Below, one piece after another: positions 1 to 8,793 of a stretch of DNA of 64,000 nt. The first letter of the stretch is position 1, and each line of letters opens with the position of its first letter. The translations under genes and the position numbers were made by a program. This stretch comes from an uncultured Nitrospiraceae bacterium (lineage in GTDB: Bacteria; Nitrospirota; Nitrospiria; Nitrospirales; Nitrospiraceae), in the NCBI GenBank assembly GCA_963706325.1, contig CAVPLT010000005.1, positions 192,001 to 256,000 of the forward strand, in the 5' to 3' direction. Under the pieces are notes generated by a model. That model saw nothing but the letters and a program-made list of their open reading frames with translations, searched no databases and was not told the DNA's origin.

Positions 1-926
1 GCGTACCATCGATCGCCTCCCAGGCTATTGGGCGTCAATTGATGAGTGAACTGAATCGGCGCGGCCCCGACGATTGCGTCGCGGCCGCCATGCGCATCAT
101 CCTCTGCAACCAGCCAAAGGGGATGGTCCAAGGTCAGTCGGTTCAGCAACGTGTGGGGAATGAGGTGGGCGGTCGGCGGCAGCACCGGACAGATCAACGG
201 CGTTCCTTGCGTGTCGAGCAGCATGCCATGACCGGTATTGCCGATATGAATGGGGAGGATCATTTGAGTGAGAAGGTTGCCGCGAATTACGAGGTCGATC
301 GCCCCGATGGGGGAGCTCTGTGTGTCATCGAAAATTGGAACCGCGATGTGGAAGACCGCATTGTTGGCCAGAGGATCATGCGCCAGGTTGCTGAGATAGT
401 AAGAGCCAGGAACCGCGCGCATCGCATCGCGCCACCACTCTTGGTCTGCCTGTCGTGGCGGTAGTTGCGGGTCCGTGGAGGCGACGACCAGTCCCTGCTG
501 ATCGACCAGGGTGACACGCACATAGTGGCTGGACTCGTGTGCCCATTCTTCGAGATACCGGACGGTCGCCGCGATGGACAAAGGCACGGGTTGGTCTCGT
601 GGCGGTTCTCTCGGTGGTTGACGACGAGTAGCCGCCGTAGATTTACGCTGCGCCCGTTCATTCGCGAGCAGGACCGGTTGCCTGACATGCAGGGGTACAA
701 GCGCCAGGCGAGTGGCGCGATCGATTTCACTGTCTACCGCCGCGGCGAGGCGAATCGCGGTCGAGCGGGCAATCTCCTGAAAACCTTCTCCGATGGCTTG
801 TTTGAGACTGATGGTGCTGAAGGCGTAGGTGGCCCAAAGGGCCGCGATGCCCGGCACGATGCCGACTATCAGCAGCGCAAAGAACAACTTTTTCTGGAGC
901 CCGCCGGTTCGTCGTGCCGGGCGCAT
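1..926 (-). CDS. Membrane sensor (Cache-like periplasmic domain), probable histidine kinase; runs off window start
   Basis: Not in the ORF track. Manual translation from ATG at 926 (TGATG overlap with the upstream regulator stop): MRPARRTGGLQKKLFFALLIVGIVPGIAALWATYAF... TM helix, then Cache-like segments (VTLVDQQGLVVAST, QEWWRDAM, FHIAVPIFD, IGNTGHGMLLD). Frame open to position 1; the kinase domain is not visible. Confidence 0.75.
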   Translation of the reverse strand, partial: MRPARRTGGLQKKLFFALLIVGIVPGIAALWATYAFSTISLKQAIGEGFQEIARSTAIRLAAAVDSEIDRATRLALVPLHVRQPVLLANERAQRKSTAATRRQPPREPPRDQPVPLSIAATVRYLEEWAHESSHYVRVTLVDQQGLVVASTDPQLPPRQADQEWWRDAMRAVPGSYYLSNLAHDPLANNAVFHIAVPIFDDTQSSPIGAIDLVIRGNLLTQMILPIHIGNTGHGMLLDTQGTPLICPVLPPTAHLIPHTLLNRLTLDHPLWLVAEDDAHGGRDAIVGAAPIQFTHQLTPNSLGGDRWY

Positions 927-2311
927 CAGCCTGAAGGCTGCGACAGGTTATGTTTGGCCATACGATACCGGAGTGTGTTGCGTGTGATTTTGAGCAGGCG
1001 GCTGGCTTCCGATACGTTGCCGCCGGTCTTGTGGAGCGCTTCTTCGAGCAGGGTTTTCTCAACTTCCTCAACCGAGAGTCCCAGCGAGAGAAGTGATGGC
1101 TTGTCCGTCGATGCCTCCGGCTGGGGCGAGAGCGGGGTCTTCAGCGACGGCGGAAGATGTTCGGGCGCAATTTCCTCCTGTTTGCACGTGATGGTCAACC
1201 ATTCCACGACGTTGTGAAGTTCGCGCACATTGCCGGGCCAGGCATAGTGTTTCATGAGGGTCATCGCATCGTCGGATACCCGTCGGATGCGACTACCCCG
1301 TTCCCGCCGCGCCCGGTCCAAGAATTGGAGCAGGATCGGTTCGATATCTTCGGGGCGCTCGCGGAGCGCAGGCATGCGGAGTTGGTAGACATTCAGCCGA
1401 TAATACAAATCTAGTCGGAAGCGGCCGGCCTTGATGAGGTCAGGCAATTCCTGGTTGGTCGCGGCGATCACACGCAGATCCACCTTAAGGCTCCGGACAC
1501 CTCCCAGCGGTTCCACCACATGTTGTTCGAGGACACGGAGAAGTTTGGCTTGGGCCATCAGGCTCAGCTCGCCGATTTCATCCAAGAATAGTGTGCCGCG
1601 ATCGGCCAATTGAAAACGTCCCGGCTTGGCTTTCTTGGCATCGGTAAAGGCGCCTTTCTCATAACCGAACAGCTCGGATTCCAGCAGATGTTCGGGAATG
1701 CCGGCGCAGTTGAGGGCGACCATCGGTCCCTGAGCTCGTGGGCTGACGAGATGAATGGCGCGTGCGAGGAGGTCCTTACCCGTTCCACTTTCTCCCGTGA
1801 TGAGCACGGTGGCGTCGGTTTGCGCGACCTCTTGGGCGAGGCGTTTGACAAGTTCCATCTGCTTGGAGACGCTGATCATCCGGTCGAAGCCGAATTGTTC
1901 ATGCAGCCCCGCTCGCAAGGTACGATTGTCTTGAGCGAGTTGTCGAACCTGCAGCGCGCGGGCGATGACGATTTTCAGCTCTTCATTGTCGACGGGTTTG
2001 GAGATGTAGTCGTAGGCGCCCTTCTGCATGGCTTCGACGGCGGATTTCACGGTTCCGTATCCGGTCACGATGAGGACCGGCACGTCGGGCAGTTGTTGGC
2101 GAGCTGCTTCCAGTACGTCCATCCCGGAGAGATTGCCCAATTGCAGATCCGTAATGATCATGTCGAAGGCGTCACGGTCTTGGATGAGGGTGATCGCTTC
2201 GGCACCCGAGCGGGCGAACAGCAGCTCATATCCAGCCGGTTTCAGCACCAGCTCGAAAAGCCGCCGCATCCGATCTTCATCTTCAACGATCAGGAGGGTT
2301 GATGCGTGCAT
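926..2311 (-). CDS. Sigma54-dependent response regulator (NtrC family: REC + AAA+ + HTH)
   Basis: LIVEDE...ITD receiver, GESGTGKD Walker A, ESELFGYEKGAFTDA, LFLDEIGE, WPGNVREL, C-terminal Fis-type HTH. Start placed at MHAST. Confidence 0.95.
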   Translation of the reverse strand: MHASTLLIVEDEDRMRRLFELVLKPAGYELLFARSGAEAITLIQDRDAFDMIITDLQLGNLSGMDVLEAARQQLPDVPVLIVTGYGTVKSAVEAMQKGAYDYISKPVDNEELKIVIARALQVRQLAQDNRTLRAGLHEQFGFDRMISVSKQMELVKRLAQEVAQTDATVLITGESGTGKDLLARAIHLVSPRAQGPMVALNCAGIPEHLLESELFGYEKGAFTDAKKAKPGRFQLADRGTLFLDEIGELSLMAQAKLLRVLEQHVVEPLGGVRSLKVDLRVIAATNQELPDLIKAGRFRLDLYYRLNVYQLRMPALRERPEDIEPILLQFLDRARRERGSRIRRVSDDAMTLMKHYAWPGNVRELHNVVEWLTITCKQEEIAPEHLPPSLKTPLSPQPEASTDKPSLLSLGLSVEEVEKTLLEEALHKTGGNVSEASRLLKITRNTLRYRMAKHNLSQPSG

Positions 2312-2398
2312 GCCGTCGCCTGCGATTGGGAGCAGTCCCCAAAAGAGAACATGCACCGTAGCCTATCACTATCGGTAGGAGAGAAACAGTGGGGCAGG

Positions 2399-3430
2399 CT
2401 ACTGCGGTTCCGCTTTCAGTGGAGATACCGCCGGGGCGCCAGCAGCGGACATCGATTCGTTGGCCAGTGCCCAGGACACATTGCGCTGTAGTCCTGCGTA
2501 TTTTGCGCGACGTAGAGGACTGCGCTTGAACGTAGCGGCGAAAGTCTGTTCGGACATCCCTGCTATGGTCAGCAGTGAGGGCGCCCGCGTGAGTGAAGTA
2601 GGCTGGAAACCCGTTTCGCAGGTCGGCTCCGCCTGCAGGTTGTACGGACAGATATCTAAACAATCATCGCAGCCAAAAATCCGATTGCCCAGCCCTCGAC
2701 GCAGCTCGTCTGCAAGGGGCGGTTCGGCTCCACGGAGTTCAATGGTGAGGTAGGAAATGCAGCGTCCGGCATCCACGACGTACGGTTCAATGATCGCGCC
2801 GGTCGGGCAGGCTTGCAGGCACAAGGTACAGGTTCCGCACAGGTCGGTACCCGCCTCATCGGGCTCTAATTCCAAGGTCGTCAGGATTTCCCCCAACAGC
2901 AGCCATGAGCCGAATTGTGCGGAGACCAAATTGGAATGTTTGCCGATCCAGCCGAGGCCGGCCTGTTGGGCCCAGGCTTTCTCCATGACCGGTCCCGTAT
3001 CGACATAGGCGCGATGAAGGCTGTCTGGTGCCAAGGTGGTGATGCGTTCGGCTAGTTGGCTCAGCCGATCGCCTAGGATTTGATGGTAGTCGATGCCCCA
3101 GGCATAGCGGGCAATGCGCCCATTTCCAGGCCGTTCGTCGGCTCGCTGCTCCGTGTAATAGTTCATGCCGACAGAAATAATGGAACGGCAGCCAGGGAAC
3201 ACCAGGGTCGGATCGGCCCGGCGTTCAGGGTCGCGGGCCATCCAGGCCATGGTGGCGTGAAACCCGCGTCGGAGCCATTCTCTTAATCGACCGGCGAGGT
3301 CCCCGGTGGAAGAGGAGGAATCGTGGTTCGGCAAATGGAGTGGCTTAGCCGGCAGGGAGCTGATACCGACGACATCGAAGCCGAGCTCGCTGGCGGCCTG
3401 CTTAATGGCGGCTGTGAGGGAGGAAGACAT
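2399..3430 (-). CDS. queG: tRNA epoxyqueuosine reductase QueG
   Basis: ARYAWGIDYH, YVDTGPVMEK, CGTCTLCLQACPTGA and GCDDCLDICPYN Fe-S motifs. Start MSSSL overlaps the upstream stop (TAATG). Confidence 0.95.
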   Translation of the reverse strand: MSSSLTAAIKQAASELGFDVVGISSLPAKPLHLPNHDSSSSTGDLAGRLREWLRRGFHATMAWMARDPERRADPTLVFPGCRSIISVGMNYYTEQRADERPGNGRIARYAWGIDYHQILGDRLSQLAERITTLAPDSLHRAYVDTGPVMEKAWAQQAGLGWIGKHSNLVSAQFGSWLLLGEILTTLELEPDEAGTDLCGTCTLCLQACPTGAIIEPYVVDAGRCISYLTIELRGAEPPLADELRRGLGNRIFGCDDCLDICPYNLQAEPTCETGFQPTSLTRAPSLLTIAGMSEQTFAATFKRSPLRRAKYAGLQRNVSWALANESMSAAGAPAVSPLKAEPQ

Positions 3431-3804
3431 TACGGCTTGGAGCAATCGAACCGGACCATAAACTGTCCGGTGCACTGGGCGGAATCGCAACGGGTACATT
3501 GGCCGGTGATGCGGGTCTTCCAATCGGTGGCTTTGGCTTCGAACGAGCAAAAGGTTCGGCCTGCTTTTGAGACGGTCGTCCAGGGTTTCTTGGTGCCGGG
3601 GAAGTGGGCAATGACACATCCGGACGGGATCGGCACCTGACACTGGTGCAGGGGATCACCCTTTGCCATCCCAAAGCTGCAGGATTGTTCGGTGGTCGCG
3701 GAGGAATCAGTCGGCACTTGTGCCTGCGCGATATGGGGGATTAGGCAAAGCGCGAGCGTCATTCCGAGCGGTGTGTAAACCAAGGGACGAATGTGCCACG
3801 GCAT
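3430..3804 (-). CDS. Small secreted Cys-rich hypothetical protein
   Basis: AAGGAG upstream of ATG 3804; signal-peptide-like segment ending AQA; 8 Cys in the mature part; stop overlaps the queG start. Confidence 0.65.
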   Translation of the reverse strand: MPWHIRPLVYTPLGMTLALCLIPHIAQAQVPTDSSATTEQSCSFGMAKGDPLHQCQVPIPSGCVIAHFPGTKKPWTTVSKAGRTFCSFEAKATDWKTRITGQCTRCDSAQCTGQFMVRFDCSKP

Positions 3805-3984
3805 TCTGGGTAGGCTCCTTTGGAAAGCGGCATGGTAACACAGCCATACCAGCCGCGGCGAACCGCTTCCTACGGCTCCGTGGCATTCCAATCTGGCCAC
3901 CTAATGTCCAAAAACCCCCGGCGTTGTGGGGCCGCACATGGAGCTCCTTCTGCCTAACATGACGACAACGTTGATGCCCATGAG

Positions 3985-3999
3985 TGGCATGCTAGTTGC
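3985..3999 (+). promoter_or_regulatory. Sigma54 -24/-12 promoter
   Basis: TGGCATG-CTAG-TTGC matches TGGCACG-N4-TTGC with exact spacing, upstream of the REC-PAS gene. Confidence 0.65.
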
Positions 4000-4139
4000 G
4001 TTGCCTTGCTTGCAAATTGGGCGTGCGGACAGGTGTGCAATGGGACAAGGAATACTGGCCCTCAGATTCTTAGGGCCGAATGGCTTTGGGGATAAAAGCC
4101 ACAAGGCTATCACCTCTTCTCGTTCTCACTGGATGCACC

Positions 4140-4910
4140 ATGGCGTACGCAAAGATTCTGATCGTGGACGATGAGGTGGTGGTGGCTGAAGCCATCAGGC
4201 GGCAGCTTCGCTCGCTCGGCTATCTGGTGGTCGGCCTGGTGTCCACCGGAACCGAGGCGGTTCAGATGGCTGCGGAACATCGGCCGGATTTGATTTTGAT
4301 GGACATCAAATTGAAGGGGCCGATGGATGGCATTGAAGCGGCAGCCATGATTCAGTCTCGGTACGCCATTCCCGTGATTTACCTTACGGCTTTTTCGGAT
4401 GAAGAGACTCTGGAGCGGGCGAGACCTACGCTACCGCTCGCCTACTTGATAAAGCCGTTTGTGAGCAGCGATTTGCGCGCGGCGGTGGAGCTTGCGCTGT
4501 TTCGGCACCGTGTATCAGGGATGGCAGAACAGCGGGGACGATGGCTGAATACGGTGGTGCAGTCGATGGGGGACGCCGTCATGACCGTCGATGGCCGGGG
4601 GAAGGTCACGATGCTCAATCCGGCCGCGGAGCGTTTGACCGGGTGGCTGCAGTCGGAAGCCATGGGCAAGCCAATCGAAGCGATTGTGATTCTCTTGGAT
4701 GCTGAGAATAGAAAGCCCGTCATACATCCGGCTTCGCGCGCTCTGGGTATGGGAAAGTCGGCCGACTTGGCACGACGCCCATTCCTGTTGATCAGTCGTC
4801 AAGGGGATGAGCACAGAATTGACGAGACGGTAACTGCGATTTATGATGACAACGGCGATGCGTCCGGACTGGTGATGGTCTTTCGCGTTACTCCCCAGCA
4901 CCGTGTATAG
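4140..4910 (+). CDS. Response regulator receiver + PAS domain protein
   Basis: ILIVDDE, LILMDI, YLTAFSD, YLIKPF, then PAS (SMGDAVMTVDGRGKVTMLNPAAERLTGW). No output domain. Confidence 0.9.
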   Translation: MAYAKILIVDDEVVVAEAIRRQLRSLGYLVVGLVSTGTEAVQMAAEHRPDLILMDIKLKGPMDGIEAAAMIQSRYAIPVIYLTAFSDEETLERARPTLPLAYLIKPFVSSDLRAAVELALFRHRVSGMAEQRGRWLNTVVQSMGDAVMTVDGRGKVTMLNPAAERLTGWLQSEAMGKPIEAIVILLDAENRKPVIHPASRALGMGKSADLARRPFLLISRQGDEHRIDETVTAIYDDNGDASGLVMVFRVTPQHRV

Positions 4911-5081
4911 CCGACCGAAGTTTCGCGTTTCCACGCCGCCTTCCCGCTGAACTCTGGCAAGCATCCCTGCTCTCTTTTCTCGCACTGCAACGGGCCACTC
5001 AGTATAATCTTCAGAGCAAGCATGTCTCGGCGGTCTGTGCGCTTGATCCACAGAAGACTTGTTCCATTTTTAAAAACGACC

Positions 5082-5675
5082 ATGTTACGAGCCGTTGTTT
5101 TTTTTACGCTACTGTCAGCTAGTTTGATGGGCCCGATTTCCTATTCTATGGCTGTTGCGACGGCAGAAGATGCCGTCGTGGTTCAGCCGCTGAAGGCGCT
5201 TGTCGTGAAAGCGGATCCTGCCGGCGGCGTTCGAGCGACGGCCACACTATTATTTCCCGGCAGCCCGTCCCTGCTCCAGTCTATCCTAACCGACTATCGC
5301 AACTGGCCCCAGCTGTTTGAGACCAGGATGCGATTGGCGAATCTTGAGGATCATGCAGGTCGTGTGATCACGGACCTCTATATTTCCCATGCGCTTCTGC
5401 CCGGCGAGCAGCGGCTGCTCTGTGAATCCCAGACGGTGCCTGGGGGCGGACTCGTCACGGACCTTAAGGGCGGTGATTTTAAGCGCTACCATCGTGTGTG
5501 GAGGTTGCAACCGGCAGCAGATGGAAGTCAGACCAGGGCGGAATTTGAATTGCTGGTTGAGGTGGAAGCCATGGTGCCCGATTGGTTGGTAGCGGTGGCC
5601 ATGGAGCGGGAACTGAATGCGCACTTCCGTATCGTGCGAGAGAAGGCGCTGGATCGAATTACGAAGGAAAAGTAA
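5082..5675 (+). CDS. SRPBCC/START (polyketide cyclase-like) protein, probably exported
   Basis: ILTDYRNWPQLF and GDFKRYHRVWRL patterns; hydrophobic N-terminus. Confidence 0.7.
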   Translation: MLRAVVFFTLLSASLMGPISYSMAVATAEDAVVVQPLKALVVKADPAGGVRATATLLFPGSPSLLQSILTDYRNWPQLFETRMRLANLEDHAGRVITDLYISHALLPGEQRLLCESQTVPGGGLVTDLKGGDFKRYHRVWRLQPAADGSQTRAEFELLVEVEAMVPDWLVAVAMERELNAHFRIVREKALDRITKEK

Positions 5676-6837
5676 AGGTGGATAGTTCGGCTTTTTCCAC
5701 CCCTTGCTTGACAAACGCGCTGATTTCCAATCCTCGTTCGATACGATGGATATCCGCCACCGTAGTCCTGGTACTGGGGTGTAACGGTACGAAGAGCTTG
5801 CAACAATCCTGATCCGGCTCAATCGAGGTGGTGAAGCTGCCGAGCCGTTGCGCTTGTTCGGTAATCTCGTTTTTATCCATTCCGATGAGCGGGCGGAGGA
5901 TCGGGAGTTCCGCCGCATCCTCGACTACCGAAAGATTTTCCGCCGTTTGTGACGCGACCTGCCCGAGACTATCGCCGGTGACGAGAGCCCAACAGTTCTC
6001 GCGTCGCGCCAGCTCTTCCGCAATACGCACCATGATCCGCCGATACAACACTACGCGAAAGGGCGCCGGGGCGTACGCGACGATCTCACGTTGAATCTCG
6101 CCGAACGGAACAATGTACAGTTGCGAATGGTATTGGTAGGCCGTCAGCAACTGAACCAGCTCCTGCACCTTTTCCTCTGACGCCCGGCTGACTAACGGAC
6201 GACCCGAAAAATGTACGAAGACCGCTTTGCAGCCGCGTTTGATCATGCGGTAGCTCGCAACAGGGGAGTCAATTCCCCCGGAGAGCAGGCAGGCCACCTT
6301 CCCGCTGGTTCCCACCGGCATGCCGCCCGGTCCCGTTATTTTCCTTGCTGCAAGATGGGCTTCGTGTGTGAGGAGCTCAATATAGAGAGTGAGGTCCGGC
6401 TGTTTCAGTTTCACAGATTTTCCTGTGACCTCACAGAGGTGCCCTCCGATTTCGCGTTCGACATCCATGGAGGTCAGCGGGAAACGCTTGTCCGCGCGTT
6501 TGGCCGTCACACGAAACGACTGAAAGTCCTCTTGTGCGACCAATCGTTGCGCCGCCTCCTTCAGCTCTGATAGGTCGGATGTGCTCAATTCGAGCGGCAC
6601 GGATTCGGTCATCAGGAAGTTTGCGACACCGCAGGTCCGGCGTAAGCGTTCCGAGACTTGCTCAGGCGACACCTGAGCGGGGATCGTAATCCGAATACGT
6701 CCCTGTAAGGACTCGACCCGTCGGATCCGCAAATCCTTCAGCGCCAACCGGAGGTTGCGGACAAGCCGTTGTTCAAAGAAATCGCGGTTGCGGCCTTTGA
6801 GGGCGAGTTCGTGGTAGTGGACGATCGCGCAGCGCAT
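5659..6837 (-). CDS. thiI: tRNA 4-thiouridine synthase ThiI (THUMP + PP-loop, no rhodanese domain)
   Basis: HYHELALKGRNR, SFRVTAKRADKRFP, LLSGGIDSPVA, TGDSLGQVASQT, QDCC. Confidence 0.95.
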   Translation of the reverse strand: MRCAIVHYHELALKGRNRDFFEQRLVRNLRLALKDLRIRRVESLQGRIRITIPAQVSPEQVSERLRRTCGVANFLMTESVPLELSTSDLSELKEAAQRLVAQEDFQSFRVTAKRADKRFPLTSMDVEREIGGHLCEVTGKSVKLKQPDLTLYIELLTHEAHLAARKITGPGGMPVGTSGKVACLLSGGIDSPVASYRMIKRGCKAVFVHFSGRPLVSRASEEKVQELVQLLTAYQYHSQLYIVPFGEIQREIVAYAPAPFRVVLYRRIMVRIAEELARRENCWALVTGDSLGQVASQTAENLSVVEDAAELPILRPLIGMDKNEITEQAQRLGSFTTSIEPDQDCCKLFVPLHPSTRTTVADIHRIERGLEISAFVKQGVEKAELSTFTFPS

Positions 6838-6846
6838 GGGTGGTTA

Positions 6847-6970
6847 CAGGATGCTGAAAATGGCCGCCAACTTCGTTCTCGACTCACCACAATCCTCAAC
6901 GTACCGCAAGGGTACGCCTCCGGTTTTGTTTCGTCTGCGGCCTCGTTGGGGGCTCATTTTGAGCATCCTG
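6847..6970. mobile_element. 124-bp non-coding element with terminal inverted repeats (MITE/REP-like)
   Basis: CAGGATGCTGAAAATG ... CATTTTGAGCATCCTG (15/16 inverted match); internal hairpin GTACC-GCAAG-GGTAC. Confidence 0.75.
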
Positions 6971-7020
6971 GGAAGTTACATCTCATAATAGTTAGTCTCT
7001 CAAAATCACCCGACGTCGAG

Positions 7021-7131
7021 GGCCGCCAACGTCGTTCTCGGTTCGACGACATCCTTAACGTACCCTTAAGAGGATGCTTCCGGTACATATCTCGCCTGCG
7101 GCCTCGTTGGACGACCATGTTGAGCAGCCTG
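7021..7131. repeat. Degenerate second copy of the same element (left end eroded)
   Basis: Shares GGCCGCCAAC.TCGTTCTCG, ATCCT.AACGTACC, CTGCGGCCTCGTTGG and TTGAGCA.CCTG blocks with 6862-6970. Confidence 0.75.
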
Positions 7132-7139
7132 TGGGGAAA

Positions 7140-8066
7140 TTAGAGATGGTGATTGGCTGATTCAAGAAAACGCTCGGCGTCGATGGCCGCCATGCAACCG
7201 GTACCGGCGGCGGTTACGGCTTGTCGGTACTGCTTGTCTTGTACGTCGCCGGCGGCAAAGACGCCAGAGACGCTGGTCGCGGTGCCCTGCGACGTACGCA
7301 CATAACCCTCCTCGTCCAAGTCGAGTTGGCCGGTGAAGAGGTCCGTATTGGGGCGGTGGCCGATGGCGACGAAGACCCCATCACAGGGCAAGTCCGTTGA
7401 AATTCCGGTCACAATATTCTTGAGTCGTACACTGGTGACCACATCTTGTCCGACGATGGCCTCAACTATGGAATTCCACGCGAAGGAAATCTTCGCGTTC
7501 TTGATGGCGCGGTCCTGCAGGATTTTTGAGGCCCGTAATTTGTCCCGCCGGTGGACCACCGTGACCATGCGGGCGAACTTCGTCAAGAAGATGGCTTCCT
7601 CTATCGCGCTGTCGCCGCCGCCGACCACCACCAGATCCTTGCCGCGGAAAAAATACCCATCGCAGGTGGCGCAAGTCGAGACCCCATGTCCGGTGAGTCG
7701 CGCTTCATTCGGTATCCCGAGACGAATAGGCGACGCACCGGTCGCGATGATCAGCGCAGCTGTCTCCACCAATTGTTCTCCATCGATGGTCAGGCGAAAA
7801 GGCTTTGCCTTGAGATCAACTGCCGAGACCTCTGCGGTTAAGAATTCCGTGCCGAATCGTTCCGCCTGAGCCCGCATCTCTTTCATCAATTCAGAGCCCA
7901 TAATGCTCTTGGAAAAGCCGGGGAAGTTCTCGACCTCGGTGGTCGTCGTCAGCTGTCCACCGGATTGCCAGCCTTCGATGAGTAACGGCGCCAGGTTTGC
8001 CCGCGCGGCATAGACGGCGGCGGTGAGCCCGGCAGGGCCGGACCCGATGATGACGAGATGTCGCAT
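7140..8066 (-). CDS. trxB: Thioredoxin-disulfide reductase
   Basis: GSGPAG, GGQLTTTTEVENFPG, CATCDG active site, GGGDSA, HRRD, AAGDV. Confidence 0.97.
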   Translation of the reverse strand: MRHLVIIGSGPAGLTAAVYAARANLAPLLIEGWQSGGQLTTTTEVENFPGFSKSIMGSELMKEMRAQAERFGTEFLTAEVSAVDLKAKPFRLTIDGEQLVETAALIIATGASPIRLGIPNEARLTGHGVSTCATCDGYFFRGKDLVVVGGGDSAIEEAIFLTKFARMVTVVHRRDKLRASKILQDRAIKNAKISFAWNSIVEAIVGQDVVTSVRLKNIVTGISTDLPCDGVFVAIGHRPNTDLFTGQLDLDEEGYVRTSQGTATSVSGVFAAGDVQDKQYRQAVTAAGTGCMAAIDAERFLESANHHL

Positions 8067-8109
8067 GTATGAATGCTAACACACGCATGCCGCGAGGGAA
8101 AAGCAGCCG

Positions 8110-8712
8110 CTACGCGAGTGCGCGCAACTCGCGGTAGAGTCGTCTGACTTGGACCAGCAAGTGTGAGCGAGCGGTGGTGCCATCGAGGAGGTAGTCTGCC
8201 GCCGCGGTCTTCAATTTGATCGGCATTTGACTGCGGATGCGTCGGAGAGCGTCTGCGCGGCTGAAGCCGTTGCGTTTTTTGAGGCGAGTGATTTGGGTTT
8301 GACGATCGGCGGTCACGACGATAATCTTTTTCACGCGCGTGTCGATCCCGGCTTCGAACAACAATGGCACATCATAGATGACAACGGCTTGGGGGTCCTC
8401 CCGAGTAGCTTGTCTCGTCAGTCTGACTTGCTCCCGCGCGACGCGAGGGTGGATGATTCGCTCAAGGCGGCGTAACTTGGGCGGGTCGCCAAAAACGATC
8501 TCGGCCATCGCGCGGCGATTGAGCGTGTGATCTGAGTTCAGAACGGTCTTGCCGAAGGCCCTGACGATGGCACGCCAGGCCGGGGTGCCGGGCTCCACGA
8601 CCTTACGGGCGAGCAGATCGGCATCAATGGTATAGGCGCCGCATCGCTCGAACATCTTGGCGACTGTGCTCTTGCCTGTCGCGACTCCGCCGGTGAGTCC
8701 TACGAGAATCAT
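8110..8712 (-). CDS. coaE: Dephospho-CoA kinase
   Basis: GLTGGVATGKSTV, DAD, IIHPRV, DVPLLFE, RIRSQMP. Confidence 0.95.
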   Translation of the reverse strand: MILVGLTGGVATGKSTVAKMFERCGAYTIDADLLARKVVEPGTPAWRAIVRAFGKTVLNSDHTLNRRAMAEIVFGDPPKLRRLERIIHPRVAREQVRLTRQATREDPQAVVIYDVPLLFEAGIDTRVKKIIVVTADRQTQITRLKKRNGFSRADALRRIRSQMPIKLKTAAADYLLDGTTARSHLLVQVRRLYRELRALA

Positions 8713-8793
8713 AGGCGGAAGATACCATGGGGGCCTGTCCGGCAACAGTGGCCGATTGACTTCTCGGCACGCTCGGCGGTATGACCATCCTTC

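Noticed and set aside
39..1217. Plus-strand ORFs of 141 and 250 aa, and the many similar antisense ORFs in the track
   Set aside because: Shadows of real minus-strand genes in GC-rich DNA; no recognisable motifs.
6847..7131. CRISPR array interpretation of the repeat pair
   Set aside because: Only two long divergent units, no constant repeat-spacer period, no cas genes.
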